Assembly: GCA_965226555.1 (NCBI GenBank)
Contig: CBDDDG010000010.1
Span: forward strand, 352,001-416,000
Origin: Salinispira sp.
Lineage (GTDB): Bacteria; Spirochaetota; Spirochaetia; DSM-27196; Salinispiraceae
DNA: 64,000 nt
Reading direction: 5' to 3'
Part shown: positions 40,976-52,031 of the stretch, in pieces
Layout: every line of letters starts with the position of its first letter
How positions within the stretch are numbered: the stretch's first letter is position 1
Made by a program: the position numbers and the translations under genes
The notes under the pieces: model-generated
Database searches by the model: none
What the model was told of the DNA's origin: nothing
The model's input: only the letters and a program-made list of their open reading frames with translations

Positions 40976-41785
40976 TTAACTTCCGCAGCTTCTATTGGTC
41001 TGCGCTCTCTCCAGCGCCCGTTCAATGCTCTGTTCAAAAACGGCATATGGTTGAGCGCCGACAATAAGTTCTCCATTTATAACAAAGCTTGGGGTGCCGT
41101 CAATACCGGCTCTGCTTCCTTCGCTCCGGTCGGCAAGAATTTCATCTTCCATGGATGGATCGGCAATACAGGCGTTTATCTGCTCATCGGAAAGGCCTGC
41201 TTCCCGCGCCCAGTTGATAATGCTGCTTTCGGAAAGCTCAGATTGTTGGAAGAATAGACGGTCATGGTATGCAAAGAAGGCAGCATCGCCCAATTCCTGC
41301 GCCACACAGTTCGCCGCTACCGCAGCCGGTATTGCAAGAGGATGATAATTATCGAGCGGAAAATCCTTGAAAACAATGCGGGCTATGCCGGAATCGATGT
41401 ATGTACTCTTTATTTGAGAATAGGCGCCGATCACAAACTGCGCGCAAAAGGAACATTCAAAATCGGAGTATTCAACAATTACCACCGGCGCATCGGGATC
41501 GCCAATGGATGGATCGGACATTGTATCGATGTCGGTGTTCACACAATTGAGCGTATCCGAAGGCGCATTGCCGGGTAATGGGGCTGCAATTGGGGAAGTT
41601 GGGACATTCGGCTCCGCATTGCCGAGCGTACGGTATTCAGCCGAAAAGGTATTATAAAAACGATGCAGCCTGTTAACTCTGGCATTGGTTACCACGGCAA
41701 ATGCAAGATTTGCAATGAGCGCAGCAGCAAAGAGCCAAAGAATAACAGTATTTCTGCTTGATGATGTTTTTTTTGATGTACTCAT
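40976..41785 (-). CDS. DsbA-family thiol:disulfide oxidoreductase
   Basis: GDPDAPVVIVEYSDFECSFC, FKDFPL, GIDGTPSFVING...GAQPY. Confidence 0.92.
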   Translation of the reverse strand: MSTSKKTSSSRNTVILWLFAAALIANLAFAVVTNARVNRLHRFYNTFSAEYRTLGNAEPNVPTSPIAAPLPGNAPSDTLNCVNTDIDTMSDPSIGDPDAPVVIVEYSDFECSFCAQFVIGAYSQIKSTYIDSGIARIVFKDFPLDNYHPLAIPAAVAANCVAQELGDAAFFAYHDRLFFQQSELSESSIINWAREAGLSDEQINACIADPSMEDEILADRSEGSRAGIDGTPSFVINGELIVGAQPYAVFEQSIERALERAQTNRSCGS

Positions 41786-41956
41786 GTCTCTACTATAGCA
41801 TATGATTTTTTATGTTACAACAAAGTTTTGCAAAAAGCATGGGATATAAACCCCGAAATTTTTTTCTTGCACATGTTTTCTAAAACTGATAGTATGCCGC
41901 AACCGCAAAAATAATGGCGGGAGACCTCAGAATTTTTCTGAGGATGGATTTTGTGG

Positions 41957-41985
41957 TTGACAGATTTTGTGAGCGCAAGTATACT
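41957..41985 (+). promoter_or_regulatory. Putative sigma70 promoter of L2
   Basis: TTGACA-17 nt-TATACT. Confidence 0.7.
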
Positions 41986-42045
41986 GCACTATATTCACGA
42001 GACCGTTGCCGCGCAACTATCTCTATTACTGTGAGGAGTGAAAGT

Positions 42046-44272
42046 ATGAGAATCAAATTTATGGGGGGGGGGGGGGGTAACTCTCCTCGCATTCTGCTCA
42101 ATGTTTATTGCATTGATGGCGGGATGTCCAATGCCGGAACCGGTGGTGGAACCACCCCCGCCGGGCACAATGGATGCCCCAAATCTTGAAGCGGGAGATG
42201 AGCAACTCATTGCAACATGGACTGCGCCAACAAACACCGGCGGCAGCGAAATTACCGGCTATGAGCTGCAATATAGCTCAGACGGCGGAACCACATGGTC
42301 GGATCCTCCTATTGAAGTCGCCGTGCCCGCCACAAAGACCATCATCACCGGCCTAATCAACGGCAGCAGTTATGAAGTACAGGTACGCGCACGGAACAGC
42401 GCGGGCGCAGGCGGCTGGTCGGACAGCGCATTAGCAAGCCCTGTTGCCGTTCCCCATGCTCCCGACTTGCCAACTCTTGAACCGGGAGATGGGCAACTCA
42501 TTGCGACATGGACTGCGCCGAGCAACGGCGGAAGCGCCATTACCGGCTATGAGCTGCAATATAGACAATATAGCGCAGACGGCGGAACCACATGGTCGGA
42601 TCCTCCTATTGAAGTCGCCGCGCCAGCCGCAAAGACCATCATCACCGGCCTAATCAACGGCAGCAGTTATGAAGTACAGGTACGCGCCGTCAACGCGCAG
42701 GGCGCAGGCGGCTGGTCGGACAGCGCATTAGCAAGCCCTGTTGCCGTTCCCCATGCTCCCGACTTGCCAAGCCTTACCGTGGAAAATGAGCAACTTCGCA
42801 TTTCATGGGCAGCGCCGACCAACACCGGCGGCAGCGACATTACCGGCTATGACCTGCGCTACGCACTAAACAATTCACCCCTGCCGGACGATCCGCAAAT
42901 TAGCAACACAAGCAATACCTCTCATACCATTATGCAACTGGAAATTGGCAGCCGCTACACCGTACAGGTGCGCGGCATCAACGCGCAGGGCAGGGGTTCG
43001 TGGTCAGAATCCGCAGCGAAAACATTCCCGCTCATTGCGACACAGGTGCCGGAGGGTACGGAGGTCTTTGTCATTCTTTCGACTGTTGACAACGCAATTG
43101 CCAATGCCGCAAACCCAAACATTACTGTGGTTCCGGTTACTTCCCCGGCATTAACGGTCGTCTTGCCGACAATTGATGCGGCTACCGGAATTATTATGGT
43201 TACCGCAAGCACAAGTCCCGGAACATATACGGTATCGGGCGCAGACGGAGGAAGCGAACTGTTCACCCCCGAAAAGTTCTCTGTTACCCTGAGTCCTCCT
43301 ACTAACGTTGCACTGAAAACAGCGGTAACTAATGGAATATCAAACTGGGGACAAACTGCCGACCTCAACTACATTCTTACTACGGCAATAACGGACATGT
43401 CCGAAGTGTTCAAAGATAAAACCGCATTCAATGGAAATATCTCGGGTTGGAATGTCAGCGCTGTAACAGATATGTCGGGGATGTTCCGTGGCGCAGGCGT
43501 ATTCAATGGAAATATCTCGGGCTGGACTGTCAGCGCGGTAACAGATATGTCGAGAATGTTCTACAACGCAGACGCATTTAATGGCGATATCTCGGGCTGG
43601 ACTGTCAGCGCGGTAACGGATATGTCCTATATGTTCAGTGGCGCAGTCGCATTCAATCGTGATCTTAATAATTGGACTGTCAGCGCTGTAACGGACATGT
43701 CGGGGATGTTCTACAACGCAGACGCATTCAATGGAAATATCTCGGGATGGACTGTCAGCGCGGTAACGGATATGTCGGGGATGTTTACTAACACATATGT
43801 ATTCAGTGGTAACATTTCCGGATGGGATGTCAGTTCGGTAACGGATATGTCGGGGATGTTCACTGCCGCAGGCGCATTCAATGGCGACATCTCCGGTTGG
43901 GATGTCAGTAAGGTAACGAATATGAGCAATATGTTCAATAACGCAGCATTCAATGGCAACATTTCCGGTTGGGATGTTAGTTCGGTAACGACTATGTATT
44001 CTATGTTCTTTTTTGCAAGCGCATTCAATGGCAACATCTCTAGCTGGGATGTCAGCTCGGTAACGAATATGTCCAGTATGTTCTTGTTTGCAAGCGCATT
44101 CAATCAGAATCTTACTGCATGGGGCGGGACAGATGCAGGGAGCTTACGGCGTGATCCTAATGATAATAGCAAATATGGAGTAACGGTAACGAATATGTTT
44201 ACGAGTTCCGGCGTTGTGGATACCGGGGGCGTGGGTGTTCCCAATTGGTATACTGAGATTATTGCCTATTAA
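42046..44272 (+). CDS. Surface lipoprotein L2: 3 FN3 + 10 DUF285/BspA repeats; frameshifted at a G15 tract in the signal peptide
   Basis: GAGGAG RBS + ATG 42046 (MRIKFM), G15 at 42063-42077 puts it 1 nt out of frame with ...VTLLAFCSMFIALMAGC lipobox; ORF 42101-44272. Confidence 0.88.
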
Positions 44273-44348
44273 CGAGTTGCACCTACTGCCCGCCCAGCTC
44301 CCGCGATTGTGTTCTGCAAAATTTTCCAAACTTCAGCTCATTTAATTG

Positions 44349-44377
44349 TTGACACAACAGACTCAGCCTGATATGAT
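44349..44377 (+). promoter_or_regulatory. Putative sigma70 promoter of rpsD
   Basis: TTGACA-17 nt-TATGAT. Confidence 0.7.
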
Positions 44378-44392
44378 GACGGAGATACTACC

Positions 44393-44444
44393 AAAGTTTT
44401 GCTACTGGAAATTGTGCAAGCACAATTTTCCAATGCAAAACTTT
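44393..44444 (+). repeat. Palindromic element P6 (52 bp) in the rpsD leader
   Basis: AAAGTTTTGCTACTGGAAATTGTGCAAGCACAATTTTCCAATGCAAAACTTT. Confidence 0.92.
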
Positions 44445-44471
44445 CTACGCAATAGGTTGAGGAGCATTACA

Positions 44472-45086
44472 GTGGCAAGAAATAATACGGCAAGAGGTAA
44501 AATTGTTCGCCGTTTTGGGTTAAATATATTCGGAAATGTAAAATATGACAGACTCCTTCAAAGAAAGCCTGCTCCTCCCGGGGAACCGAAAAAAGGCCGC
44601 ATCCGACAATCGGAATATGGAAGGCAACTTGCCGAAAAGCAGAAAATGAAATTTTCCTATGGTCTTTCAGAACGCCAATTCCGCAATATTTTTAAAAAGG
44701 CAAAGCGTATGAAGGGCGTTACCGGACATAACATGCTCATCCTTCTTGAACGGCGCCTCGATAATGTTATTTTCCGGCTTACTATGGCTGGGAGCAGGGC
44801 GCAGGCGCGGCAGCTTGTCGGACATGGGCATGTATATGTAAATGATCGGAGACTCAACATTCCATCTGCCCTCCTGAGATCGGGAGATGTTATTTCCATT
44901 AAAGACCGCAACAGCTCAAGAGAAATGCTCCGTAAAAACCTTTCCGACAACAACGGCACCTCAATACCTCCATGGCTTGAACTGGAAGCGGATAACCTGA
45001 AGGCGCATATTAAAATGCTCCCAACACGGGATATGATCCCGACAATAGCGGAAGAACAGCTTATTGTTGAGTTTTACTCAAAATAA
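44472..45086 (+). CDS. rpsD: 30S ribosomal protein S4 (stand-alone, no Zn-ribbon cysteines)
   Basis: GAGGAG RBS + GTG 44472; SEYGRQLAEKQK, LERRLDNVIFR, ARQLVGHGH, IVEFYSK. Confidence 0.96.
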   Translation: MARNNTARGKIVRRFGLNIFGNVKYDRLLQRKPAPPGEPKKGRIRQSEYGRQLAEKQKMKFSYGLSERQFRNIFKKAKRMKGVTGHNMLILLERRLDNVIFRLTMAGSRAQARQLVGHGHVYVNDRRLNIPSALLRSGDVISIKDRNSSREMLRKNLSDNNGTSIPPWLELEADNLKAHIKMLPTRDMIPTIAEEQLIVEFYSK

Positions 45087-45139
45087 TCGGTATTCAGCGC
45101 CCTTTCAGGGGCGCCGGAGCACTGTCGGCGTGTTGGGTT

Positions 45140-45412
45140 TTACTCAAAAGTTTCTGTATCAATAACTGCTGAATAGCCAATCTTATCTACCAACTGAATA
45201 ATACTGTCAATTGTCTCCCGCCGTCCATCATACTCAAGCTGAATTTGCGATGTATTTCTATCTACATAGCATTCTCGAACGCCCGAAAACTTTCGTCCGA
45301 CATGTTCAATGGTATATACACAACTTGTGCAGTTTGCTCCGGTGATATTAATGAGCGCCTTTTTTATTTCTCCACTGAGTACAGCCCTTTCTGTCTTTTT
45401 CTTCCATAGCAT
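45140..45412 (-). CDS. Heavy-metal-associated (HMA) domain protein
   Basis: ITGANCTSCV CxxC motif, ..KIGY end. Confidence 0.8.
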   Translation of the reverse strand: MLWKKKTERAVLSGEIKKALINITGANCTSCVYTIEHVGRKFSGVRECYVDRNTSQIQLEYDGRRETIDSIIQLVDKIGYSAVIDTETFE

Positions 45413-45527
45413 ACCTATGCCTCCCCACAAGAAAATTTCTATCCGAAAAATAGCATGAAACCGCCCGTTTCGGCAATAGACCCTTCATTTATCTGAAAAT
45501 ATGCCGACATTTGAACCGGAGGGTTAC

Positions 45528-46044
45528 AATGAAAATGCCTGTTACTCTCGGTATATGTTTTATGGTTCTCGTTCAACTATCGGCACATACCGTAATGGTT
45601 ACCTACGATGTAACAATTAATGATGAATCGGCAGAAGTACTATATGCAGTACGCGCCAGCGCCGAACTGGAGAGCAGTATCATGGGAGAATTGTTTGACC
45701 TTGGGCATATTGTTTTCAATCATCCGGGAACCATATACCTCGGGGCAGCCGCAGAAACAGGGGCAGCCGCAGAAAAACAAAACTTCAGAAATACGGTTTT
45801 ACAGCGGAGCATTGTTGCTGCCAGAGGCGGCGCAGACCTTTTTATGTATCTTAATCTTCATTTTGAAGGAAAGCAGGAAGATGATATGTATTTGAGCCGT
45901 CTCGAATATGAAATTTCCCGAATTGGAATTGGACAGCCGGTACTTGATAATGCCCACATTCAGTATGCATCTTCACCACGGATAGATCCCGCAGATGCTT
46001 CACGGATGTTTTTTAATTTTATTGAGGAAAAAAGTATTTTCTAA
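45528..46044 (+). CDS. Hypothetical exported protein
   Basis: GGAGG RBS, signal-peptide-like N-terminus, co-oriented with SPOR gene. Confidence 0.65.
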
Positions 46045-46056
46045 CAATTAAGGATT

Positions 46057-47799
46057 ATGGATATGAACAAAAAAATTTTGACGGTTCTTATAACAATTTT
46101 TATGGGCGCAGCTCTCAGCGCGCAATACATTCATATGGTAATAGCTGCCACAGGAGATGAAGACGAATTTCCAACTGAAGGATATTATGCGGCGAGTAAC
46201 ACATTTTCCCGAAACAGCCTCGTTGAATTGAAGGATCCGGAAGATGGAAAAAGCATACATGTTATTATCGCAAAACGTCTTAACAGCTCGGGGAATGTCA
46301 TTGTGCTGTCTCAGCAGGCTGCCGATTTTTTCGGAATAAACCGGCAAAACCCCGTTTCTCTGCTCGCATCGCTCATTAGTATACCCGATGTAACAAATAT
46401 CAGCCCCGGCAGCGATCGCCCATACAGCATTGATCCAGAAATAAATCCCGGCGCTGCATTCGATGATCCACATGTGTTCACTTTTTCTTCTGATATTTCT
46501 GATGTTCCTGATATCACCCTGACTCCGACTGATCCCCCAACTGCCGATCCGCTCTCCGCAGAACTTCCAGCCCCGATACCCCCCGCCCCTGTCTCTGCTC
46601 CGGCGCCAGCAGAAGCCTCAACCCCAATCTCCGCAACCATTGTCGATGCCGGCGTTGAACCCCCCAATGCTCCCTCTGCACAGGAACCGCTCGGAAACAG
46701 GGCATTCCCCCTTCCGGAAACTGCCGGTCAGGAAGAAATTGTCGATGTCGGTGTTGAGCCCCCCAATGCCCCCCCGACACCGGAACCACTCGGAAACAGG
46801 GCATTCCCCCTTCCAGAAACTGCCGGTCAGGAAAAAATTGATGCCGGCATTGAGCCCCCCGATGCTCCCCCGACACCGGAACCATTCAGAAATAGGGCAT
46901 TTCCCATTCCGGAAACTGCCGCTCAGGAAAAAATTGATGCCGGCATTGAGCCCCCCAATGCTCCTCCCCTACGGGAAATTGATCGCAGCTCCTTTGCTAT
47001 TGCGCACATTGAAGAACCCATCCCCGAACGTGAAAAGCCAACGGAACGTGAAAAGCCAATGGAAGATGAAATAATTGTTTCTCCTGAGGCAACAGATACT
47101 GACCCAATTGATGAAACTGATCCGGTGGAACAGGAAAAAATTGAAGCGAGCATTCCTCTTCCTGATGCTCCTCCAGCGCAGGAAGTTGACCCCAGTTCCT
47201 TTACCATTGCGCAAAGCACTTCGCTCATTGATACTGAGGACATTGAAGAACCGCTCCCTGAATTTGAAAGACCCATGGAAGATGAAATAATTGTTTCTCT
47301 CGAAGCGGCAGAATTCCGAAGCCCTCCCGCCGATCCGGTGGAGGATCTTACTATTGATAGTTCACATCTCCTCACATCTCTTGAAGAAACTCCCGAAAAA
47401 ATAGCTGCCGTCCCCGAAAATCTCCCTAAAAATCTCCCTAAAACTGATGGAGAACCTGAACCTATTGATCCTCTTCCCGTAGAAGAACCTCCGCAAACAG
47501 CAGCAGCCGACTCCATGCCCGATATGGAATGGGCAGAAAACAATCTTCCCCTAGTTTACACTCTCCAGTCCAACAAGTATTATCTCCAAGTAGGCGCTTT
47601 TACGAACCCGCGGGGGGCGAAAGATTTCCTCGAAACGGTTTCTCCCGGGTATCCGCTCATTGTTCTCCCTATTACGCAGGGCGAAAACAAGCTGTACGGC
47701 GTGCTCGTGGGGCCGCTCAGTAACGATGAAAAGGGAATTGCGCTATATTGGTTTAAAACCCGAGGGTATCAGGATGCCTTTCTGCGCGAAGGAGCCTGA
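46057..47799 (+). CDS. SPOR domain protein with Pro/Glu-rich repeat linker
   Basis: Signal peptide; RlpA-like N-part (AASNTF..NSLVEL); C-terminal YYLQVGAF...Y.VLVGPL...GYQDAF. Confidence 0.8.
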   Translation: MDMNKKILTVLITIFMGAALSAQYIHMVIAATGDEDEFPTEGYYAASNTFSRNSLVELKDPEDGKSIHVIIAKRLNSSGNVIVLSQQAADFFGINRQNPVSLLASLISIPDVTNISPGSDRPYSIDPEINPGAAFDDPHVFTFSSDISDVPDITLTPTDPPTADPLSAELPAPIPPAPVSAPAPAEASTPISATIVDAGVEPPNAPSAQEPLGNRAFPLPETAGQEEIVDVGVEPPNAPPTPEPLGNRAFPLPETAGQEKIDAGIEPPDAPPTPEPFRNRAFPIPETAAQEKIDAGIEPPNAPPLREIDRSSFAIAHIEEPIPEREKPTEREKPMEDEIIVSPEATDTDPIDETDPVEQEKIEASIPLPDAPPAQEVDPSSFTIAQSTSLIDTEDIEEPLPEFERPMEDEIIVSLEAAEFRSPPADPVEDLTIDSSHLLTSLEETPEKIAAVPENLPKNLPKTDGEPEPIDPLPVEEPPQTAAADSMPDMEWAENNLPLVYTLQSNKYYLQVGAFTNPRGAKDFLETVSPGYPLIVLPITQGENKLYGVLVGPLSNDEKGIALYWFKTRGYQDAFLREGA

Positions 47800-47829
47800 T
47801 ATCGGCATGGGAATGGGAGCAGCACATCA

Positions 47830-49938
47830 ATGTCCGTCAATCAAAATCAGAATCAGACTCACATCCGAATGTCTGACCGAATATCCGAACTGGCAGAAAA
47901 AATCCGGCAGTACGATTATGAATACTATGTGCGTTCGGCTCCCTCAATAGGCGACAGAGAATATGATCATCTTTTTGATGAACTGCAACGTCTTGAAGAA
48001 CAATTTCCTGAGCTGATCCGCACCGATAGCCCCAGTCAACGGATCGGTTCCGATCTCACAAATACCTTCCCTGAGATCGCTCATACCATTCCTGTTCTCA
48101 GTCTCGATAAGGCATATTCAATGGAAGAAATACAGGTGTGGATTACCCGATGCAGCCGGGGAATGACCGAAGTCTTTCACCTGACAATTGAGGAAAAAAT
48201 GGACGGCTCAAGTCTGGTGCTCTACTATGAAAAGGGCATCCTCGTTCGGGCGCTCACCCGGGGAAACGGAGAGCAGGGAAACGACATTACCCAAAATGTC
48301 AGAACCATTCATTCAATACCGCTCAGGCTGAATACTTCCGAAAATGTCGCCATACGCGGCGAGGTGTACATCGGCATAAGCGATTTCGAAAAGATTCGTT
48401 CCACACGCGCAGGCGATTATGCGAACCCGAGAAATTTTGCAAGCGGCAGCCTCCGACGCATAAAGAGCTCCGAACTCGGCCGCATTCCCCTTCGCTTTTT
48501 TGCCTATGACCTGCACGGACAGAATTTCACCCGCTCTCATACCGAAAACATGCGCATTCTCGCCTCACTGGGAATGCCGGTAAACCCTCATCAGAAAACC
48601 ATAGCTATTCAGCCCGGCGATACCGCGAAACTATCGGAGAGCCTTAAACACATAGAAAATTTTATTACCGGCAGAGCCGAAGTCCGCGCGAAGCTCAATT
48701 ACGAAATTGACGGAATGGTTATAAAAATTGATGAAATGCCCCTCCGCGACCGCCTTGGGAGCACCGGACACCACCCCCGCTGGGCAATTGCGTACAAGTT
48801 TGAAAGCCCTCAGGGAATTACCATTGTTCAGGGTATTGATATTCAGGTTGGACGTACCGGACGGGTAACACCGGTTGCGCGGGTTAAGCCTGTGTTTGTC
48901 GGCGGCACTACTATCCGCAATGTTACCCTGCATAATCAGGACTATATACATGCCCTTGGTCTTGCGGTTGGCGATACCGTGAGTGTCTCCCGCCGCGGGG
49001 ATGTTATTCCTGCTGTCGAATGCGTGCTGGAGAAGGGAAATGAGATATCTTGGGACATGCCGCCCGCCTGCCCCTTCTGTTCAGGCATTCTCCGCAAAGA
49101 TGGTGCTCATCATTTTTGCCCGAATTTTGACTGCCCTGCCCGTAAGAAGGGGCGGATTATCTTTTTTACCGGCAGGAATCAGATGGACATTGAGAATCTT
49201 GGCTCTGAAACCGTTGCCGCGCTCATTGATGAAGGAATTATACAGGATATTCCCGATATTTTTTGTCTCGATTATGATCGGATACGCGCCCTCCCCGGCT
49301 TCGGAGAAAAAAAGGTACAGCTCATTCGGGAAGGTGTTGAAAAGGCGCTCACGCAGCCCTATCGGCGTATTATGATCAGCCTCGGCATTTCAGACTTTGG
49401 CCCGAAACTTGCCGAACTGCTGGAAGAGCATTCGTATAGGAGCATAGCTTCCCTGTTCACCCTTCTCGATGCACATGATGAGCGCAGCCTCACCGACATA
49501 AAGGGAATTGGCGAAAAAACCGTTCAGACCATATCACAGGAAATGCGGGAACCGCGATTCAGGGATATGATAGATAGGCTTACGGAGCTCGGGTTGGTGT
49601 TCACGGCAGATGATGGGCGCGCGGGCGCGGAAGATACGCAGATTGGGGGCGGCGCAGATCGAGGCGCGCAGATCGGGGCGGCGCAGATTGGGGCGGCGCA
49701 GATTTTTTCTTCTCAGCGATGGTGCGTGACCGGCAGCTTTGAAGCATTCAAACCTCGTTCGCTGGCAATTGAAGAAATAAAAAAGAGGGGCGGAGACGTA
49801 ACCTCGGACGTAACGGGAAAAACCACCCACCTCCTTGCCGGAAATTCGGCGGGCAGTAAGCTTGCGAAGGCGCAAAAACTCGGGATCGCAATTGTGCATG
49901 AGAATGAATTTATTACTGCGCTGAAGGAAGAAAAGTAA
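47830..49938 (+). CDS. ligA: NAD-dependent DNA ligase
   Basis: EEKMDG adenylation motif, TRGNG, RGEV, PRWAIAYKF, VGRTG, C4 zinc finger, BRCT. Confidence 0.97.
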   Translation: MSVNQNQNQTHIRMSDRISELAEKIRQYDYEYYVRSAPSIGDREYDHLFDELQRLEEQFPELIRTDSPSQRIGSDLTNTFPEIAHTIPVLSLDKAYSMEEIQVWITRCSRGMTEVFHLTIEEKMDGSSLVLYYEKGILVRALTRGNGEQGNDITQNVRTIHSIPLRLNTSENVAIRGEVYIGISDFEKIRSTRAGDYANPRNFASGSLRRIKSSELGRIPLRFFAYDLHGQNFTRSHTENMRILASLGMPVNPHQKTIAIQPGDTAKLSESLKHIENFITGRAEVRAKLNYEIDGMVIKIDEMPLRDRLGSTGHHPRWAIAYKFESPQGITIVQGIDIQVGRTGRVTPVARVKPVFVGGTTIRNVTLHNQDYIHALGLAVGDTVSVSRRGDVIPAVECVLEKGNEISWDMPPACPFCSGILRKDGAHHFCPNFDCPARKKGRIIFFTGRNQMDIENLGSETVAALIDEGIIQDIPDIFCLDYDRIRALPGFGEKKVQLIREGVEKALTQPYRRIMISLGISDFGPKLAELLEEHSYRSIASLFTLLDAHDERSLTDIKGIGEKTVQTISQEMREPRFRDMIDRLTELGLVFTADDGRAGAEDTQIGGGADRGAQIGAAQIGAAQIFSSQRWCVTGSFEAFKPRSLAIEEIKKRGGDVTSDVTGKTTHLLAGNSAGSKLAKAQKLGIAIVHENEFITALKEEK

Positions 49939-49940
49939 TA

Positions 49941-50230
49941 GAAACTTTTGCATAAAGCAAAAGTTTCCGATCTGGAATGCTTTCTTTGTGCTTAGCATTC
50001 TCCAATTTTATAGAAAGTTTTGCATTTTGCAAAACTTTGTAATAGGAACAAAGTTTTGCTACTGGAAATTGTGCAAGCACAATTTTCCAATGGTCTGAAA
50101 AAATTTGTTGGGGAAATTCTGGGGGATTCACATGGGATTGACTGCCGTAAAAATATTGAGTATGCTAAGTGCATAACAAACTTTGGCTACTGGAAATTGC
50201 GCAAGCGCAATTTTCCAATGCAAAAGTTTC
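49941..50230. repeat. Cluster of three palindromic elements P7 (49941-50039, minus), P8 (50050-50092), P9 (50178-50230)
   Basis: Same hairpin and spacer sequences as the other copies. Confidence 0.9.
50138..50166 (+). promoter_or_regulatory. Putative sigma70 promoter of L3
   Basis: TTGACT-17 nt-TATGCT. Confidence 0.55.
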
Positions 50231-50257
50231 TGTCATGAACTTTCAGGAGGAATTATC

Positions 50258-52031
50258 ATGAAAATTAATTTTGATTTTATCCGTTTACCAAAAATTGTTT
50301 TTGCGTTTACGGTTTGTTCTGTGTTTATTGCGCTGCTTGCCGGATGTCCGATGCCGGATTCGCCCCCTGCCATGTTCGCGCCGACCCTCGAAGCGGGGGA
50401 ATGGACAACTGACTGCCACATGGGTCGAGCTGGCAGCTATATGGAATGCGGTAGACGACAAGGATGGCAAAAACGTCATTACCTCGTATAATCTGCGTTA
50501 CAGTGAAGTTGGTAGTGGAAGCTGGACGGAGATCACCTCCGGTATTACCGGCGCAAGCCATACCATTAGCGAGCTGATAAACGGCGTCAGTTACTCCGTG
50601 CAGGTGCGCGCCGTCAACGCGGGAGGTGCGGGCACGTGGTCAGCATCGTCCACGGCAACACCTATTGCTTCCCTTCCTGCCGCGTTGGCTGCTCCCACCC
50701 TTGTTGCGGGAGACGGTCAACTGACCGTTACATGGACAGCGCCGACTGATACCGGCGGCAGCGACATTAGCGCATACCACCTGCGTTATAGGGAAGACGG
50801 CAGCGGAAGCTGGGAAATTATTACCGAAGGCATTGACGGTACAAGCCACGTCATTAGCGACCTGACAAACGGCACTGTCTATGAGGTACAGGCGCGAGCG
50901 ATCAACGCGGACGGAGGAATTGGCGCATGGTCGGAATCTGCCGTTTCAACTCTCCCTGCCCTTGCCACTGTTCCTGACGCGCCGGTTGCCCCAACCCTTT
51001 ATGCGGGCACTGGGCGGATCGTTGCGAGATGGTCTGCGCCGGAAGACAACGGCAGCGCCATTACCGGGTATGAATTGCAGTATCGCATAGGCGGCGGAGC
51101 ATGGACGGAAATTACCGAAGGCATCACCGACACAGACCACACCATGACAAACCTGACAAACGGCATTGTTTACGGAGTACAGGTGCGTGCTGTCAATGCA
51201 GTCGGCACTGGCCCATGGTCTGCGCCCGTAGCGGGAACGCCACTATTTTCTCCGACACAGACTCCCTCGGGTGAGGGAAAATCTATAAGCCTTTCGGTTG
51301 CCCAGAATGCCCTTACTAATGCCATTATTGCCAATGAGAACCTCAGCGTTTCTTTGACGACGGGCACTTACACGGTCAATGGAGGAGACCTTATGGTAAC
51401 CACCGTAACTCCGCCCGGAACGGTCACCATTCCGACAGTTAATGCGAGTACCGGAATTGTTACGGTTACCGCGAGTACAACGGCAGGAACATATGTAGTA
51501 TATGGTGAAACCGAAAGCGGAGACATACTCTTTGCCGAATATCTCTATGTTACCGTGAGTCCTACTACTAACGCTCAACTGAAAACAGCGGTAACTACCT
51601 GGGGCGATACTGCCGATTTCAACTACATTATTACCACTGCGGTAACGGATATGTCCACTGTTTTCAAGGGTAAGACCGCATTCAATGGCGATATCTCGCT
51701 CTGGGATACTACAGCGGTAACGACTATGTACGAAATGTTCCGTGCTACAAACGCATTCAATGGCGATGTCTCAAGATGGGATGTCAGTTCGGTAACGAAT
51801 ATGGGCTATATGTTCTATGGAACAGGTGTGTTCAATGGCGATATCTCCGGCTGGGATGTCAGTTCGGTAACAGATATGCCCTCTATGTTCCATTTCGCAA
51901 TCACATTCAATCAGAATCTTGAGGCGTGGAAGGAACATTTGACGCTTGATGGCAATGGCAAATATACTGGAGATAAAACGATTATGTTTTGGGGTTCCGG
52001 CTTGGACGGTAATGAGCCGTCATGGTATTAG
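50258..52031 (+). pseudogene. Surface lipoprotein L3: 3 FN3 + 4 DUF285 repeats, +1 frameshift at G5
   Basis: AGGAGG RBS, ATG 50258, lipobox LLAGC; GGGGG at 50395-50399 versus GGGG at 54795-54798 in the near-identical paralog L4. Confidence 0.85.

Noticed and set aside
1469..41835. Very short palindrome-like matches at about 1469-1480, 16423-16445 and 41821-41835
   Set aside because: Only 10-15 nt similarity in AT-rich intergenic DNA; possibly relics, not counted as copies
43380..44120. Diversity-generating retroelement acting on DUF285 repeats
   Set aside because: No reverse transcriptase in the window and no template/variable pair with adenine-only differences noticed; the 75-bp periodicity is ordinary coding repeat
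44346..44471. 42-aa N-terminal extension of S4
   Set aside because: It spans the promoter and palindrome P6; RBS and homology point to GTG 44472
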